Shown in pieces: positions 7,894 to 17,769 of a stretch of DNA of 64,000 nt. The notes under the pieces are model-generated. The model did not search any database. It was not told the DNA's origin and worked only from the letters and a program-made list of their open reading frames with translations. The stretch is from a virus: positions 35,645 to 99,644 of the IMG/VR virus record IMGVR_UViG_3300050016_000116; one strand, 5' to 3'. Position numbers and translations under genes: made by a program. The stretch's first letter is position 1, and every line of letters begins with the position of its first letter.

Positions 7894-10800
7894 ATCGCAG
7901 GCATTTGCCGGGTTCTTCCCGACACCACTGCATCTCCTCCCGCGCATCGCACGTCTGCTCTCTCCCAGGAGAGAGGAAGGTGCTGAGACATCGATTCTTG
8001 ATCCCTGCGCGGGGGAGGGTCATGCGGTCGTGGAGCTGGCGAAGTACCTCTGCAAGCGCAGTCCGAACATCTTCGTGTGTGAGATGGAGTTCACGCGCTA
8101 CGAAGCGCTTGAGAAGACACTCAGAGGAGTCGGGTGCTGGAAGAACGTTCTCCACGGAGACGCATTCCGGGTCACGTTCAAGAAGGGGAGCAATGAGGGG
8201 GTCTCTGTTCTCTACCTGAACCCTCCCTACGACACGCACCCGGTCTACGGACGGTTGGAGCACAAGTTCCTGGAGAGGTTCACCGACACCCTCAAGGATG
8301 GTGGGATTCTCTTCTACGTGGTTCCGTACTACTCCCTCAAGGCATCGGCGGACTTCTTCGCCTCACGATTCTCTGAGCTGCACTGCTACAAGTTCCCGGG
8401 CTCCGACTTTGAGGCGTTCAAGCAAGTTGTCTTGGTCGGGCAGAAGGGAAGTGGACTATTCGGGGAGAGCAACAAGAAGCTGCGCCAAGACGTGCTCACG
8501 TGGGCGGAGGACCCGGAGCGAATCCAGAAGCTCCCAGCGATCCCGGAGCCGCTCTGGGAGGTCCCTTCTTCCCCGCGGTACCACGATGGGTTGGAGGAGT
8601 GGATCATCCGCCCGGTCGACATCACGGCGCTCACGAAGAAGGTGCGCCCATGGATGCAGTCAGCTCGGAATGGAGCGCTCATCCCCATCCCGGGGATCGT
8701 TCCCGATCTCCCGGTCCAAGAGATGCTCCTGCGCCAGTACCCCGTAGCGACCCCTCCTAGACCCGCGCACATCGCGGCAGGCATCGCATCAGGCATCTTC
8801 AACGGAGCCCGTCTGAAGCCATCCTACCGCGAAAGAAGGGCACTCCCGGCTCTCCTCGTGAAGGGGTGCTTTGACAAGGAGTACCGGACGGTGGAGGAGA
8901 AGAAGGACAAGAACGGGAACACCAAGGGTCTCGTTCAGGTTCAGCAGCCGAAGCTGGTCACCACCGTGCTCGACCTCTCAACGTTCCGCTACCACGTGCT
9001 CAAGAGTGGTGTGGAGCCCTGTAAGGGTATCCCCAAGGTCGAGACGATGAGCGTGGCAGACCTCATCGAGCACTATGGGGACTCGATGACGGGGGTGATG
9101 GGGGTGCAGTGCCCGGTGCTCTACGACCCGAGAAGGGACGCGGACTCCATCCCCATCCCGGAGACACCCAGGAAGCTCTTCAACGCCCAAGCGCACGCGG
9201 TTCGAGCGCTGGTGAAGCTTCTCGGAGGACCATCATCGACGAAGAGGAAGCGAAGGGGGAAGGCAGCGATCCTCCTGGGGGAGATTGGGGTAGGCAAGAG
9301 CACGGTCGCAGCAATGGCAGCAGAGACCATCAAGGCGAAGCGCATCCTCATCATGTGCCCACCTCACCTCTTGACCTCGTGGACGAACGAGTGCGCGGCA
9401 GTGCTCCCGCACGCAGAGGTGGTCGTCCTCAACAATGTGGAGGACGTGGACGCGCTCGTTTCGAGGAAGCAGCGGAGGGGGACGACCAAGCGCACGATCG
9501 TCACGCTCCTCACACGCGAGACAGCGAAGCTATCGCACTCCCGGGAAGGAGTTGGGGGAACTTGCCCGAAGTGCGGGTCATCCCTTCCCTTCGACCCCGA
9601 GGATCTTGCGAAGAAGCGGGAGCGCTGCGAGCACATCCCCAAGACACCCTCCAACAAGCTCGCAGAGATCTCCATCCGACTTGGCTATCGGCTCCTCCCG
9701 TTCTCGGGGGACGTGGCTGCATACTTCGGTGGGTTCTTCGACAAGCAGCGCGCGAATGCCTACGACTCGATGGAGAAGCGGCCGCAATTCCGAGGGCTCA
9801 CCCTCGGGGAGCTGGATGACGCGCTCGTGGAGCTTCTCATGCTTCTCCCGCAGTCTCTCGACAGCGAGACGCGTACCAAGGTCGAGAATGCGATCGTGGT
9901 CATCCTCCATGCAGCGGGAGACGAGGAGCGCACGTTGAAGACAGCGGCAATCGTCGCTGCGAACAACAACTCATGGACCCACTTCGAGCAGGACTTGCTC
10001 CTCTTGCTTCCTCCTGGCGATCCGCGGGTAGCGCAGTTCATCAAGGAAGTGAAGGAAGCTGAGAAGCCCAAGAGCTACGGCGGTGACGTTTGGCACGCGT
10101 TCGAACAGCGAGTGCAGGATTCGAAGGAGGGGAAGGCAAAGGCAGGTTCGATCGATGTCTCCTGGGCATCGGGGGAGCTGATGCTGCACTCGAAGTGCAA
10201 GCGCGGGTCTCTCGAAGCAGCACGTGCAGCGTTCATTGGGATTCGGGTTTTCTCCACCTTCGAGGATGGTGAGCCGTGCGGGGAGTTCCTCTTCCAGGCA
10301 GTTCCGACCCCGAGACGTGTTGCGCTCTCTTCCTACATCACGAAGTACCACCCGGAGCTGTTCGACTTCCTCGTGCTCGACGAAGGACACGAGTACAGCT
10401 CTGACTCCAGCGCGCAGAGCTTCGCTGCCCACCGTCTCACCGCACTCGGGCTCCCCACGATCTTGATGACCGGGACGATCATGAACGGGTACGCAGAGAG
10501 CTTGTTCACGAACCTCTGGGCGCTCTCCCCCGCGTTTCGTTCGGAGTTCGATCGCAACGAGCGCCAGCGGTTCATCGACCGCTACGGGTATCGCAAGCGA
10601 ATCGTGGAGGACCGGGACAAGGAGACCAAACAAGTGGTCGAGTTCGGTTCGCAGTCGGATCGAGTGGTCCGCTCAGAGCGGGTTGTCGGCAATGCTCCCG
10701 GGCTCCTCCCGCTCTTCCTCCTGCGCCACCTTCTCCCCATCTCCGTCACGCTCCACAAGACGGACTTGGCGATCGATCTCCCTCCCCTGCGTCAGGAGAG

Positions 10801-11614
10801 GTTCCGCGTGAAGCCGACAATCAAGCAGCACCAGTTCTACGACCAGCTCAAGGATGCTCTGGTGACGCAGATCAAGGCAGACCGTTACGTGGAAGGACTT
10901 GCGGGGAAGCTCTGGGGTCAGCTTGCAGAGCTACCGTCCTACTTGGACCGGGCGCACGAGGGGTTTGAGATTCGCTACCCGGAGTCGGTGGGTGGAGCCA
11001 TTGTGGCAAGCGTTCCCCCTCTCCCGCTCACCCCCGTGCTCCCAAAGGAGCGATGGATCCTCGACAAGGTGCAGAGCGAGCTGGACGAGGGAAGGAACGT
11101 GATGGTGTTCTCTTGGCACCTCTCGCTCCTCCCGCGACTTCAGCGGCTCATCTCCGAACACATCGGGGAGGACGTTCCTATCCTCTTCGCGGACAAGGTC
11201 CCGACAGCGAAGCGCCAGGATTGGATCGATCGCGAGGTCATCCGGAAGGGAGCGCGGGTGATGTGCGCGAACCCTGTCGCTATCCAGACGGGGCTCAACA
11301 ACTTGGTCTACTTCGCCACGGAGATCTGGCACGAGAACCCGGCGTGCAACCCCATCACCTACCGCCAAGCGGTCGGGCGGGTGGATCGTATCGGGCAGAA
11401 GAAGGACACACGGATCTTCTTCCCGATCTACGAGGAGACACTCCAGGAAGCGCTCTACGACCTCCTGATGAAGAAGGTCGCTGTTTCCGTCAGCACGGAT
11501 GGACTAGATCCCGAGTCAGCACTTCAGGCAGCGGGAGCCGGAGAGGACGAGTACATGATGGGTCTGTCGATTGGTCGGCAGCTCTGGAAGATGATGAACG
11601 AAGAGGCAGCATGA
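7880..11614 (+). CDS. Adenine methyltransferase (DUF6094-like) fused to an SF2/SNF2-like helicase
   Basis: Probable start MARPESQAFAGFFPTP at 7880; DPCAGEG, LYLNPPY; helicase motifs GEIGVGKS, LDEGH, MTGT, QAVGRVDRIGQ. Confidence 0.88.
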   Translation: MARPESQAFAGFFPTPLHLLPRIARLLSPRREEGAETSILDPCAGEGHAVVELAKYLCKRSPNIFVCEMEFTRYEALEKTLRGVGCWKNVLHGDAFRVTFKKGSNEGVSVLYLNPPYDTHPVYGRLEHKFLERFTDTLKDGGILFYVVPYYSLKASADFFASRFSELHCYKFPGSDFEAFKQVVLVGQKGSGLFGESNKKLRQDVLTWAEDPERIQKLPAIPEPLWEVPSSPRYHDGLEEWIIRPVDITALTKKVRPWMQSARNGALIPIPGIVPDLPVQEMLLRQYPVATPPRPAHIAAGIASGIFNGARLKPSYRERRALPALLVKGCFDKEYRTVEEKKDKNGNTKGLVQVQQPKLVTTVLDLSTFRYHVLKSGVEPCKGIPKVETMSVADLIEHYGDSMTGVMGVQCPVLYDPRRDADSIPIPETPRKLFNAQAHAVRALVKLLGGPSSTKRKRRGKAAILLGEIGVGKSTVAAMAAETIKAKRILIMCPPHLLTSWTNECAAVLPHAEVVVLNNVEDVDALVSRKQRRGTTKRTIVTLLTRETAKLSHSREGVGGTCPKCGSSLPFDPEDLAKKRERCEHIPKTPSNKLAEISIRLGYRLLPFSGDVAAYFGGFFDKQRANAYDSMEKRPQFRGLTLGELDDALVELLMLLPQSLDSETRTKVENAIVVILHAAGDEERTLKTAAIVAANNNSWTHFEQDLLLLLPPGDPRVAQFIKEVKEAEKPKSYGGDVWHAFEQRVQDSKEGKAKAGSIDVSWASGELMLHSKCKRGSLEAARAAFIGIRVFSTFEDGEPCGEFLFQAVPTPRRVALSSYITKYHPELFDFLVLDEGHEYSSDSSAQSFAAHRLTALGLPTILMTGTIMNGYAESLFTNLWALSPAFRSEFDRNERQRFIDRYGYRKRIVEDRDKETKQVVEFGSQSDRVVRSERVVGNAPGLLPLFLLRHLLPISVTLHKTDLAIDLPPLRQERFRVKPTIKQHQFYDQLKDALVTQIKADRYVEGLAGKLWGQLAELPSYLDRAHEGFEIRYPESVGGAIVASVPPLPLTPVLPKERWILDKVQSELDEGRNVMVFSWHLSLLPRLQRLISEHIGEDVPILFADKVPTAKRQDWIDREVIRKGARVMCANPVAIQTGLNNLVYFATEIWHENPACNPITYRQAVGRVDRIGQKKDTRIFFPIYEETLQEALYDLLMKKVAVSVSTDGLDPESALQAAGAGEDEYMMGLSIGRQLWKMMNEEAA

Positions 11615-11841
11615 GTGAGGAGAGGTCATGGCAAGAGTATCGACCACGGTGGGCTCAGCACGTCAGAGGCGAGCACACGACAAGAGGACTGACCCCGAGC
11701 GACAGCCAGGTGTGGAAGGTGACGTGCGAGACGTGCGGGGAGACGTACGGACCCCTCCCCTGCAACACGGGGATGGTGCGCAACCACATCGCGAAGTTCG
11801 CGCTTCAGCACGCACATCGGGATCCTCTTCTCCCGAAGTGA
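11611..11841 (+). CDS. Small Zn-finger-like protein
   Basis: ATGA overlap; CETC...H...H. Confidence 0.55.
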   Translation: MSEERSWQEYRPRWAQHVRGEHTTRGLTPSDSQVWKVTCETCGETYGPLPCNTGMVRNHIAKFALQHAHRDPLLPK

Positions 11842-12251
11842 AGCGGGTCCCGGTCGACTTCCGTTACGATGCGGTGAACCCGGACTTCCTTCTGGCGCTC
11901 GCGAAGATCGGATCGTACGCGTCGGAAAAGTACGGGAGCTGGTCGCAATACACCGGAGCACGTCTCCTCGGAGATAAGGATCCCGTCAATCACATCTACG
12001 AACACCTCCGGCAGTACCAGATGAACGAGGGGTACGATCACTTTGACGGAGACGTGCGCTGGCATCTCGTCGCGGTCGCTTACAATGCCATGATGAGCTT
12101 CTGGTACCACTCGAAGTGGGGCGCGCTTCGTCACCCCCTCGACCTCAAGGAGGATTCGAAAAGCGCTTTTCGAACCGGGGAGGTTCGCTCCGTTCCCGGC
12201 ATCCGCATCTACGAGTTTCCAGGGGAAAAGAAGCCCTCCAAGAAAAAGTAA
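11838..12251 (+). CDS. dATP/dGTP diphosphohydrolase domain protein (DUF5664-like)
   Basis: RYD..P..L.ALAKI..Y.SEKYG...H...W..HL.AVAYNAMM pattern; GTGA overlap. Confidence 0.75.
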   Translation: MKRVPVDFRYDAVNPDFLLALAKIGSYASEKYGSWSQYTGARLLGDKDPVNHIYEHLRQYQMNEGYDHFDGDVRWHLVAVAYNAMMSFWYHSKWGALRHPLDLKEDSKSAFRTGEVRSVPGIRIYEFPGEKKPSKKK

Positions 12252-12260
12252 GAAAAGAAC

Positions 12261-12290
12261 TTGCGAAGCTTCGCAGAAGGTTTATAGTCT
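12261..12290 (+). promoter_or_regulatory. Putative sigma70-type promoter overlapping the palindrome TGCGAAGCTTCGCA
   Basis: TTGCGA...TATAGT/TAGTCT at 16-18 bp spacing, with an A-rich upstream tract. Confidence 0.45.
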
Positions 12291-12427
12291 CTCTTGTCCC
12301 CGCCGCTCTCCGAGAGAAACGGAGCGCTTCCGGGGCAGGAGGATACGAAGATGAACATCGCGCAGCTCCAGGCTCTCCGGTCGTTGGCTCTTCCCCTCAC
12401 GGGCCGCCTGTGCGCTACGAGGCACTG

Positions 12428-13285
12428 ATGGTTGCTCGAACATCGAAGGCGAGCCACGGCGCGGCGGTGAAGTTGATCGTGGGCGACACGCGCGACGAGT
12501 TGCAGCGGCTCTCTGCCGGGATGTTCAACTGTTGCGTAACGAGCCCCCCGTACTGGGGACTCCGCGACTACGGGCACAAGACGCAGATCGGCGCAGAGGA
12601 CACCGTGGACGCCTACATTGCTTCGCTCGTGCAAGTGTTCCGTGAGGTGCGGCGCACGTTGCGTGACGACGGTACCCTCTGGCTCAACATCGGAGACAGC
12701 TACACGAGCGGCAACCGCACGTGGCGCGACCCGGACAAAAAGAACCCGGCGCGCGGGATGAGCTACCGTGCCCCAACCCCAAAGGGGTTGAAGCCGAAGG
12801 ATCTGATCGGCGTGCCGTGGCGCCTGGCGTTCGCTCTCCAGGCGGACGGGTGGTTCTTGCGGTCGGACATCATCTGGTACAAGCCCAACTGCCAGCCCGA
12901 ATCGGTGAAGGATCGTCCGACCCAGTCGCACGAGTACATCTTTCTGCTCTCCAAGTCGCAGGACTACTACTACGACACGGAGTCGGTCCGGCAGCCCACG
13001 AAGGACGGGCGCTCTACGCGCATGCGTCGCTCGGTGTGGGAGGTCAACACGGAGCCGTACGCAGGGGCGCATTTCGCCGTGTTCCCGCCGTCACTCGTCC
13101 GGCCATGCGTCCTCGCAGGCAGTCCGAAGAGCGGTCTTGTGCTGGACCCGTTCTTCGGCTCCGGCGCTCTCGGCGTCGCGTGCCTTGAGACGGATCGTTC
13201 CTGCATCGGTATCGAGGTAAAGGAGGAGTACGCGGAGCTGGCTAGGGAGCGGCTGCGAGGTCTCCAGCTTGGGCTACTAGGATGA
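12428..13285 (+). CDS. Beta-class N4-cytosine DNA methyltransferase, M.SmaI/M.XmaI-like (CCCGGG predicted)
   Basis: VTSPPYWGLRDYG, KPNCQPESVKDRPT, DPFFGSG; convergent SmaI-like endonuclease remnant. Confidence 0.85.
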   Translation: MVARTSKASHGAAVKLIVGDTRDELQRLSAGMFNCCVTSPPYWGLRDYGHKTQIGAEDTVDAYIASLVQVFREVRRTLRDDGTLWLNIGDSYTSGNRTWRDPDKKNPARGMSYRAPTPKGLKPKDLIGVPWRLAFALQADGWFLRSDIIWYKPNCQPESVKDRPTQSHEYIFLLSKSQDYYYDTESVRQPTKDGRSTRMRRSVWEVNTEPYAGAHFAVFPPSLVRPCVLAGSPKSGLVLDPFFGSGALGVACLETDRSCIGIEVKEEYAELARERLRGLQLGLLG

Positions 13286-13480
13286 GCGCGCGAATTGCCA
13301 GTCAGCGTGTACGACGCATGCGCTCTTTTGGAGGTGGCGAACCTGGAGCTTCCGCTCCGTCCCACCGTCGAAGTACAACTCGAACAGTGGCTTTCCGTCG
13401 TTCCCTAGGACTTCGCAGGTACCCGGTCGTGGCATCTGCCGGCTCTCGTCCATCATCGTCAGCTCTACATCCACGGCCAT
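13277..13480 (-). pseudogene. 3' remnant of a SmaI-like restriction endonuclease gene
   Basis: LYFDGGTERKLQVRHL..C.VH..W.F matches my recollection of the R.SmaI C-terminus; converges on and overlaps the MTase; in-frame stop a few codons upstream. Confidence 0.7.
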
Positions 13481-13535
13481 GTACGTCGGGGTCGAAAGGG
13501 ACGGCTATGTCCACTCGTGAAGCAGGGAGGGCGTC

Positions 13536-13916
13536 ATGACCAAGTGTCAGTGTGGGAAGGAGTACCGGAAGGGGACTCTTGCAGTCGTGGTTGGGGGTCC
13601 CAGCAAGAAGCTCGCGGGCAAGAGGGTTTGTCCGGAGTGCGCTGCGGGCGGGATCCTCCTCGTCGCATCGAAGCGTCCCGTTGTTCACTCCGACGATGGT
13701 TCGATTGCGAGGGAGGAGCGAACAATCCTCCGCTCAGCTCTGAAGCCCATCATCAAGAATCTGGATGCTCAGGTGAAGGCGTTGACCATGACAGAACGTC
13801 CTGCCGGCTCGCTCTCACCTGAGCAAGTAGAGGCAGTGCAGTTCGTCAAGGGCAAGATCGAAGGCATGGAGAACATGCTGGCAGTCCTCAAGAACGCAGC
13901 GAAGGAGGCGTCATGA
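13536..13916 (+). CDS. Zn-binding/coiled-coil hypothetical protein
   Basis: CQCG...CPEC; GGAGG RBS. Confidence 0.65.
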   Translation: MTKCQCGKEYRKGTLAVVVGGPSKKLAGKRVCPECAAGGILLVASKRPVVHSDDGSIAREERTILRSALKPIIKNLDAQVKALTMTERPAGSLSPEQVEAVQFVKGKIEGMENMLAVLKNAAKEAS

Positions 13917-14128
13917 TCACCGAACTTCAGGCTGCTTCTCGCAATTACCAGCGAGCGCTGGAAGACCAAGAGATCATCCTTCACTTCGGGTACGAGGTAC
14001 CCGTTTCGGTCTTGCTCCGGATCGTCGAGACCAGAACGGTTCTCACGAAGCTCATTCTGAGTGTCCTGAAGCCCTCTCCTGCGCCTTTCGACCCCTCTTC
14101 CAGCTCCGAGTCCATCCCCTTCCCTTGA
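13913..14128 (+). CDS. Hypothetical protein
   Basis: AAGGAGG RBS; ATGA overlap. Confidence 0.55.
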   Translation: MITELQAASRNYQRALEDQEIILHFGYEVPVSVLLRIVETRTVLTKLILSVLKPSPAPFDPSSSSESIPFP

Positions 14129-14335
14129 GTGCGTCCTAAGGCATCCTAGGCGCAGCAATCACGTACGGTCCCCTAAGCAATACCGCGCTGAGGTAACACG
14201 TCGCGACGTGTCCTCGGAAAGGCAACGGGACGGGCGGACAGCGAACGGTAACGTGCTGGTCCGCCACTATTCTTTCATCCCCCCTCACTCTGGGGTAGGC
14301 TTCTCCGGTAACTCAACCAACGGAGAAGCTACCCC

Positions 14336-15490
14336 ATGGCAGTCCTCGCGCTCCTTCCTGCGTACCTCATCAACCAAGTTGCAATCGGTGGTGGGGCGTC
14401 TGGTCCCCTGGTGCTTCGAGCTGGAGAGAAGATCTCCGACTCTGCAACCCTTGCATTGGTGCTTGGTGCCGGTGGGCAGGTTGCATCGACGTCGGATCCC
14501 ATCGTGTCCGCTGCGCAGTTGGTCGTCACCAAGTTGCGTGCGAACGGAGCAGATGAGCGGATCTGCAACGAGATGATGATCGCAGCACTGGCTGCATCGT
14601 TCGGTTCGGGCGAGGGCAACGCGGAGTTCGGCGATGGGTCGGATGGAGCCGTCGTGTTTGACGGTGTCGCAACCGTCCTCGGTCTCGTCCCTTCCACGAA
14701 GGCGTACACCCTCACGAAGGACATCTTTGTGAAGACTGCCGTAGTGGCAGCGGGTGCGATCATCATCGGCGCGGGCTTCCGGATCTTCGCCTCGGTGTCT
14801 CTCACGAACAACGGGACCATCCACAACGGCGGCAACCCGGGACTCATCGGTTCCGCGGGAGCGGGCGGCGCAGCGGGTGGCGCAGTCGCAGCCGGTTCTC
14901 TCGGTGGAGGTAGCGCCGGAGGAGCGGGTGGGTCTGCGGGTGTCGGAGCGGCTGGCGCGGCTCAGACGGCCAACACGGGCTTCCCGGGTGGCACTGGCAT
15001 CGGCGGTGTCGGTGGAGGGGACGGCACGCACCTCGGTGGTGCAGCCGGCACGTGGAGCGCGATGGCAGCCGCGGACGGTAACTTCCGCACCCTCTCTGCG
15101 GCGGTCAACGGCTGGGTCATCAGCGGTGCCGGCACCACCTTCACGCTCAAGGGTGGGTCGGGCGGTGGCGGTGGCGCTTCCGACAACGCAGACGGTGGCG
15201 GCGGTGGCGGTGGGTCGGGCGCAGGCGTGATGGTCATCGCGGCCTACTTGCTCATCAACAACGGCGTCATCCACTGCAACGGGGGACTCGGCGGAGCTGG
15301 CTTCTCGCCCGGCAACAACGCGGGTGGGGGTGCTGGCGGCGGCGCAGGCGACCTCATCACGGTGGCGCGCACCTACTTGGGCACGGGCACCTACTCGGTC
15401 GCAGGGGGTGTCGGTGGCGCCAAGGTCGGAGCTGCGGGAGTCGCGGGGCTCCCCGGAGCGGTCGGAACGTTCCTCCAGCTCGCGGCCTGA
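14336..15490 (+). CDS. Glycine-rich virion-associated (tail/fibre-like) protein
   Basis: FGDGSDG...TNNGTIHNGG and GGGGGSGAG repeats typical of phage glycine-rich domains. Confidence 0.7.
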   Translation: MAVLALLPAYLINQVAIGGGASGPLVLRAGEKISDSATLALVLGAGGQVASTSDPIVSAAQLVVTKLRANGADERICNEMMIAALAASFGSGEGNAEFGDGSDGAVVFDGVATVLGLVPSTKAYTLTKDIFVKTAVVAAGAIIIGAGFRIFASVSLTNNGTIHNGGNPGLIGSAGAGGAAGGAVAAGSLGGGSAGGAGGSAGVGAAGAAQTANTGFPGGTGIGGVGGGDGTHLGGAAGTWSAMAAADGNFRTLSAAVNGWVISGAGTTFTLKGGSGGGGGASDNADGGGGGGGSGAGVMVIAAYLLINNGVIHCNGGLGGAGFSPGNNAGGGAGGGAGDLITVARTYLGTGTYSVAGGVGGAKVGAAGVAGLPGAVGTFLQLAA

Positions 15491-15544
15491 TTCGAAAAGC
15501 GCTTTTCGAAAGGACGGCACTCGGGTGGGTAGGAGGATTCCCTC

Positions 15545-15991
15545 ATGCCCACTCAAGTGTCGGATCAGTTTCGCGAGCAGCTTCTCATCTCGGTAGTCAC
15601 TGCTCTCGTTCGGGAGCACGCGAACACGCAGGATCAGCCTTCGTGGATCGATGTAGCCGGTGAAGCAGAGATTCTTGTGGAAGCGGTCATCGCTCGGGAG
15701 GAGCGACGGCTGACCAAGGACTCCCTTGCGTTCGTCGACCAAGCGCTCAGCGCGTTCAACGACCTCACCGAGAAGAAGGAGTGGCGCAAAGCAGGCGTCC
15801 TCTTGGCGCTCTTCAAGCAAGGGCTCAGTGCCACATGCTCTGCCCCTCTCCAGGTCGTCAACGCGGCGCTCCTCGGTCTGATGCAGGGGAAGTCCCCGGG
15901 GAGCATCGGATCCGAGGAGGTGGCGACGGTGTTGGAGATGTTCACCAACGCCAAGCGACAGCTCGAAGCTGACTTGGGTATCCCGCAGTGA
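15545..15991 (+). CDS. Hypothetical protein
   Basis: AGGAGG RBS. Confidence 0.65.
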   Translation: MPTQVSDQFREQLLISVVTALVREHANTQDQPSWIDVAGEAEILVEAVIAREERRLTKDSLAFVDQALSAFNDLTEKKEWRKAGVLLALFKQGLSATCSAPLQVVNAALLGLMQGKSPGSIGSEEVATVLEMFTNAKRQLEADLGIPQ

Positions 15992-16374
15992 ACGACAGAA
16001 CCGAGGTCAAGTTTGGTGCAGCAACGATCCTAGTCAGGGAGGAGACGTTCTGGAACGTGGAGCTGAGCTTCCCCAACGGACCTCGGTTCAGCCTTCACAA
16101 CTTCCCCGTGCATGTCGAGTTGGTGTCGCTCTACGACTCCTTTCAGCAGCATTACAAGTGGGAAGTGGTCCTCCACGTCTGCGATCGGGTCACGAAGAGA
16201 CCGACCACGATTCGCCGCATCTTCCTGGTGGACAGGTACGTGGCTGACCGCGAACCCACTTACTTTAGCTACGCGGTTCATTGTTCGATTCTCGAAGTGC
16301 TCCGGCACGAGCTGGACGAAGCTTTCCACTTCCAAGGGGAGCGCATCTACGACCCGCACAAGGATGAACCGTGA
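15988..16374 (+). CDS. Hypothetical phage protein
   Basis: GTGA overlap; C-terminal HE.DE.F.F.G.RIYDPH pattern. Confidence 0.65.
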   Translation: MNDRTEVKFGAATILVREETFWNVELSFPNGPRFSLHNFPVHVELVSLYDSFQQHYKWEVVLHVCDRVTKRPTTIRRIFLVDRYVADREPTYFSYAVHCSILEVLRHELDEAFHFQGERIYDPHKDEP

Positions 16375-16670
16375 TGAGGAAGCGATCCGAGGTCACCGCT
16401 ACCCCCCTGCACAAACCACCCCCGACCCAGAAGGACCGGACGAAGCAGGAGGTGAGGAAGCTCCTGGCCCAATACGACCTCCTCCGCGCCTCCCAGACAG
16501 CCCTAGGACGCGTTTTCAGGGAGCCGGATGACTCTTCCCTCACCTTCACCGAGCGGGGCCATTACAACGTCACCCAGGACCTTCTTTCGGAGCTGCTGAC
16601 CCGGCTCTTCATGGAGGTACAGAAGCTCCAGTGCTCGAAGTGCGCGGACACTTGGGAAGAAGCCACATGA
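16371..16670 (+). CDS. Hypothetical protein
   Basis: Overlap coupling; C-terminal CSKC. Confidence 0.5.
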   Translation: MMRKRSEVTATPLHKPPPTQKDRTKQEVRKLLAQYDLLRASQTALGRVFREPDDSSLTFTERGHYNVTQDLLSELLTRLFMEVQKLQCSKCADTWEEAT

Positions 16671-17055
16671 CCCGGGAGCTTCTCTTCTGCACCAAGATGG
16701 TTGTCCTAGCTGTCTTCCTCTTGCTTCAGATCTACGGGTATCTCAAGTTTCATCGATGAATGCCCCCATCGACATCGCGTTGTGCATCCACTGCGACTCC
16801 CTCACGCTCAACGCGGTCTCCGACAAGTGCAACTGCGGCGGCGAACTCTACCCCAGCACGAAGCGAGTTCCCCCTGGCACCCGAATCCGGCAGATGCGTC
16901 CCTGCTCAACGAATCGCGGATCGTCTTCTCAAGGAAGAGGGGGACGACCTCTCGACGCTCGTGCGAAAGATACAGCAGGGATGGGGAACGAAGTAACCTG
17001 CACTCTGCACGTGTAATTACCTTCTCTGAAGGTTCTGAGTTAGAATTGGAAAACC

Positions 17056-17634
17056 ATGGGTAAGAGAGCAGACACCATCGAGAAGCCTTACATCACGCAT
17101 CCCAACGGAAAGCAGATCATCCGATGGGCAAAGCGGGAGGTCTTCAAGCACGAGGTCTTCATCGAGAAGCTGATGCTCTCTGCTTGTTCCGAGAGGCAGA
17201 TCGAATCCCTCTGTGCGCAGGAGCTAGGACTCAAGACACTGCGCACCCGCATCCTCCGTCACCGCATCCTCGAACGGTGGAAGCTCGCGGGTGCAGCGGA
17301 GTCGGAGACGAACCGCATCCAGGCTCAGAGGCGCATCCAGAGGAACATCACCGACGTTCACTCCGAGTTCGCAGCGGACATCCCGAAGATGAGCGCGGCT
17401 GCGAAGCACTCTGCCCTCGCGCGCTACGAGTCGATCCTCATCCAGCTCCAGGGCACTTCTGCCCCCATCCAGATCAACATGGACGTCACGGTGTCGGCGA
17501 ACCTCCAGGGTGTCATCGCCAACCTCACCCCCGAGCAGACGCAGAAGTACATCACCCGGGCGAAGGAGCGGGCTCTCAAAGCCGCGGAGTACGACAGGCT
17601 TCACGGCAACGATGTTCCTGACGCAGCGGAGTGA
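17056..17634 (+). CDS. Putative terminase small subunit
   Basis: Helical, HTH-like N-terminus; directly upstream of TerL. Confidence 0.6.
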   Translation: MGKRADTIEKPYITHPNGKQIIRWAKREVFKHEVFIEKLMLSACSERQIESLCAQELGLKTLRTRILRHRILERWKLAGAAESETNRIQAQRRIQRNITDVHSEFAADIPKMSAAAKHSALARYESILIQLQGTSAPIQINMDVTVSANLQGVIANLTPEQTQKYITRAKERALKAAEYDRLHGNDVPDAAE

Positions 17635-17769
17635 ATCGCAAAGCGCTTTGCCAAACGGCACTCTCTCCTCGGAGGTAGCGAAGGTCCAACCCAGCGGCCC
17701 CCTCTTCGCCGTGACGTCTCGCTGAGACCATCCTAGAGGCGCCTAGGAGCCGCGTGCTAGCTTCTCGGG

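Noticed and set aside
14150-14270. Hammerhead/twister/pistol ribozyme or riboswitch assignment
   Set aside because: Only partial resemblance (CTGAGG...GAAA, CCCTAAGC); catalytic consensus not met, so left as an unassigned structure
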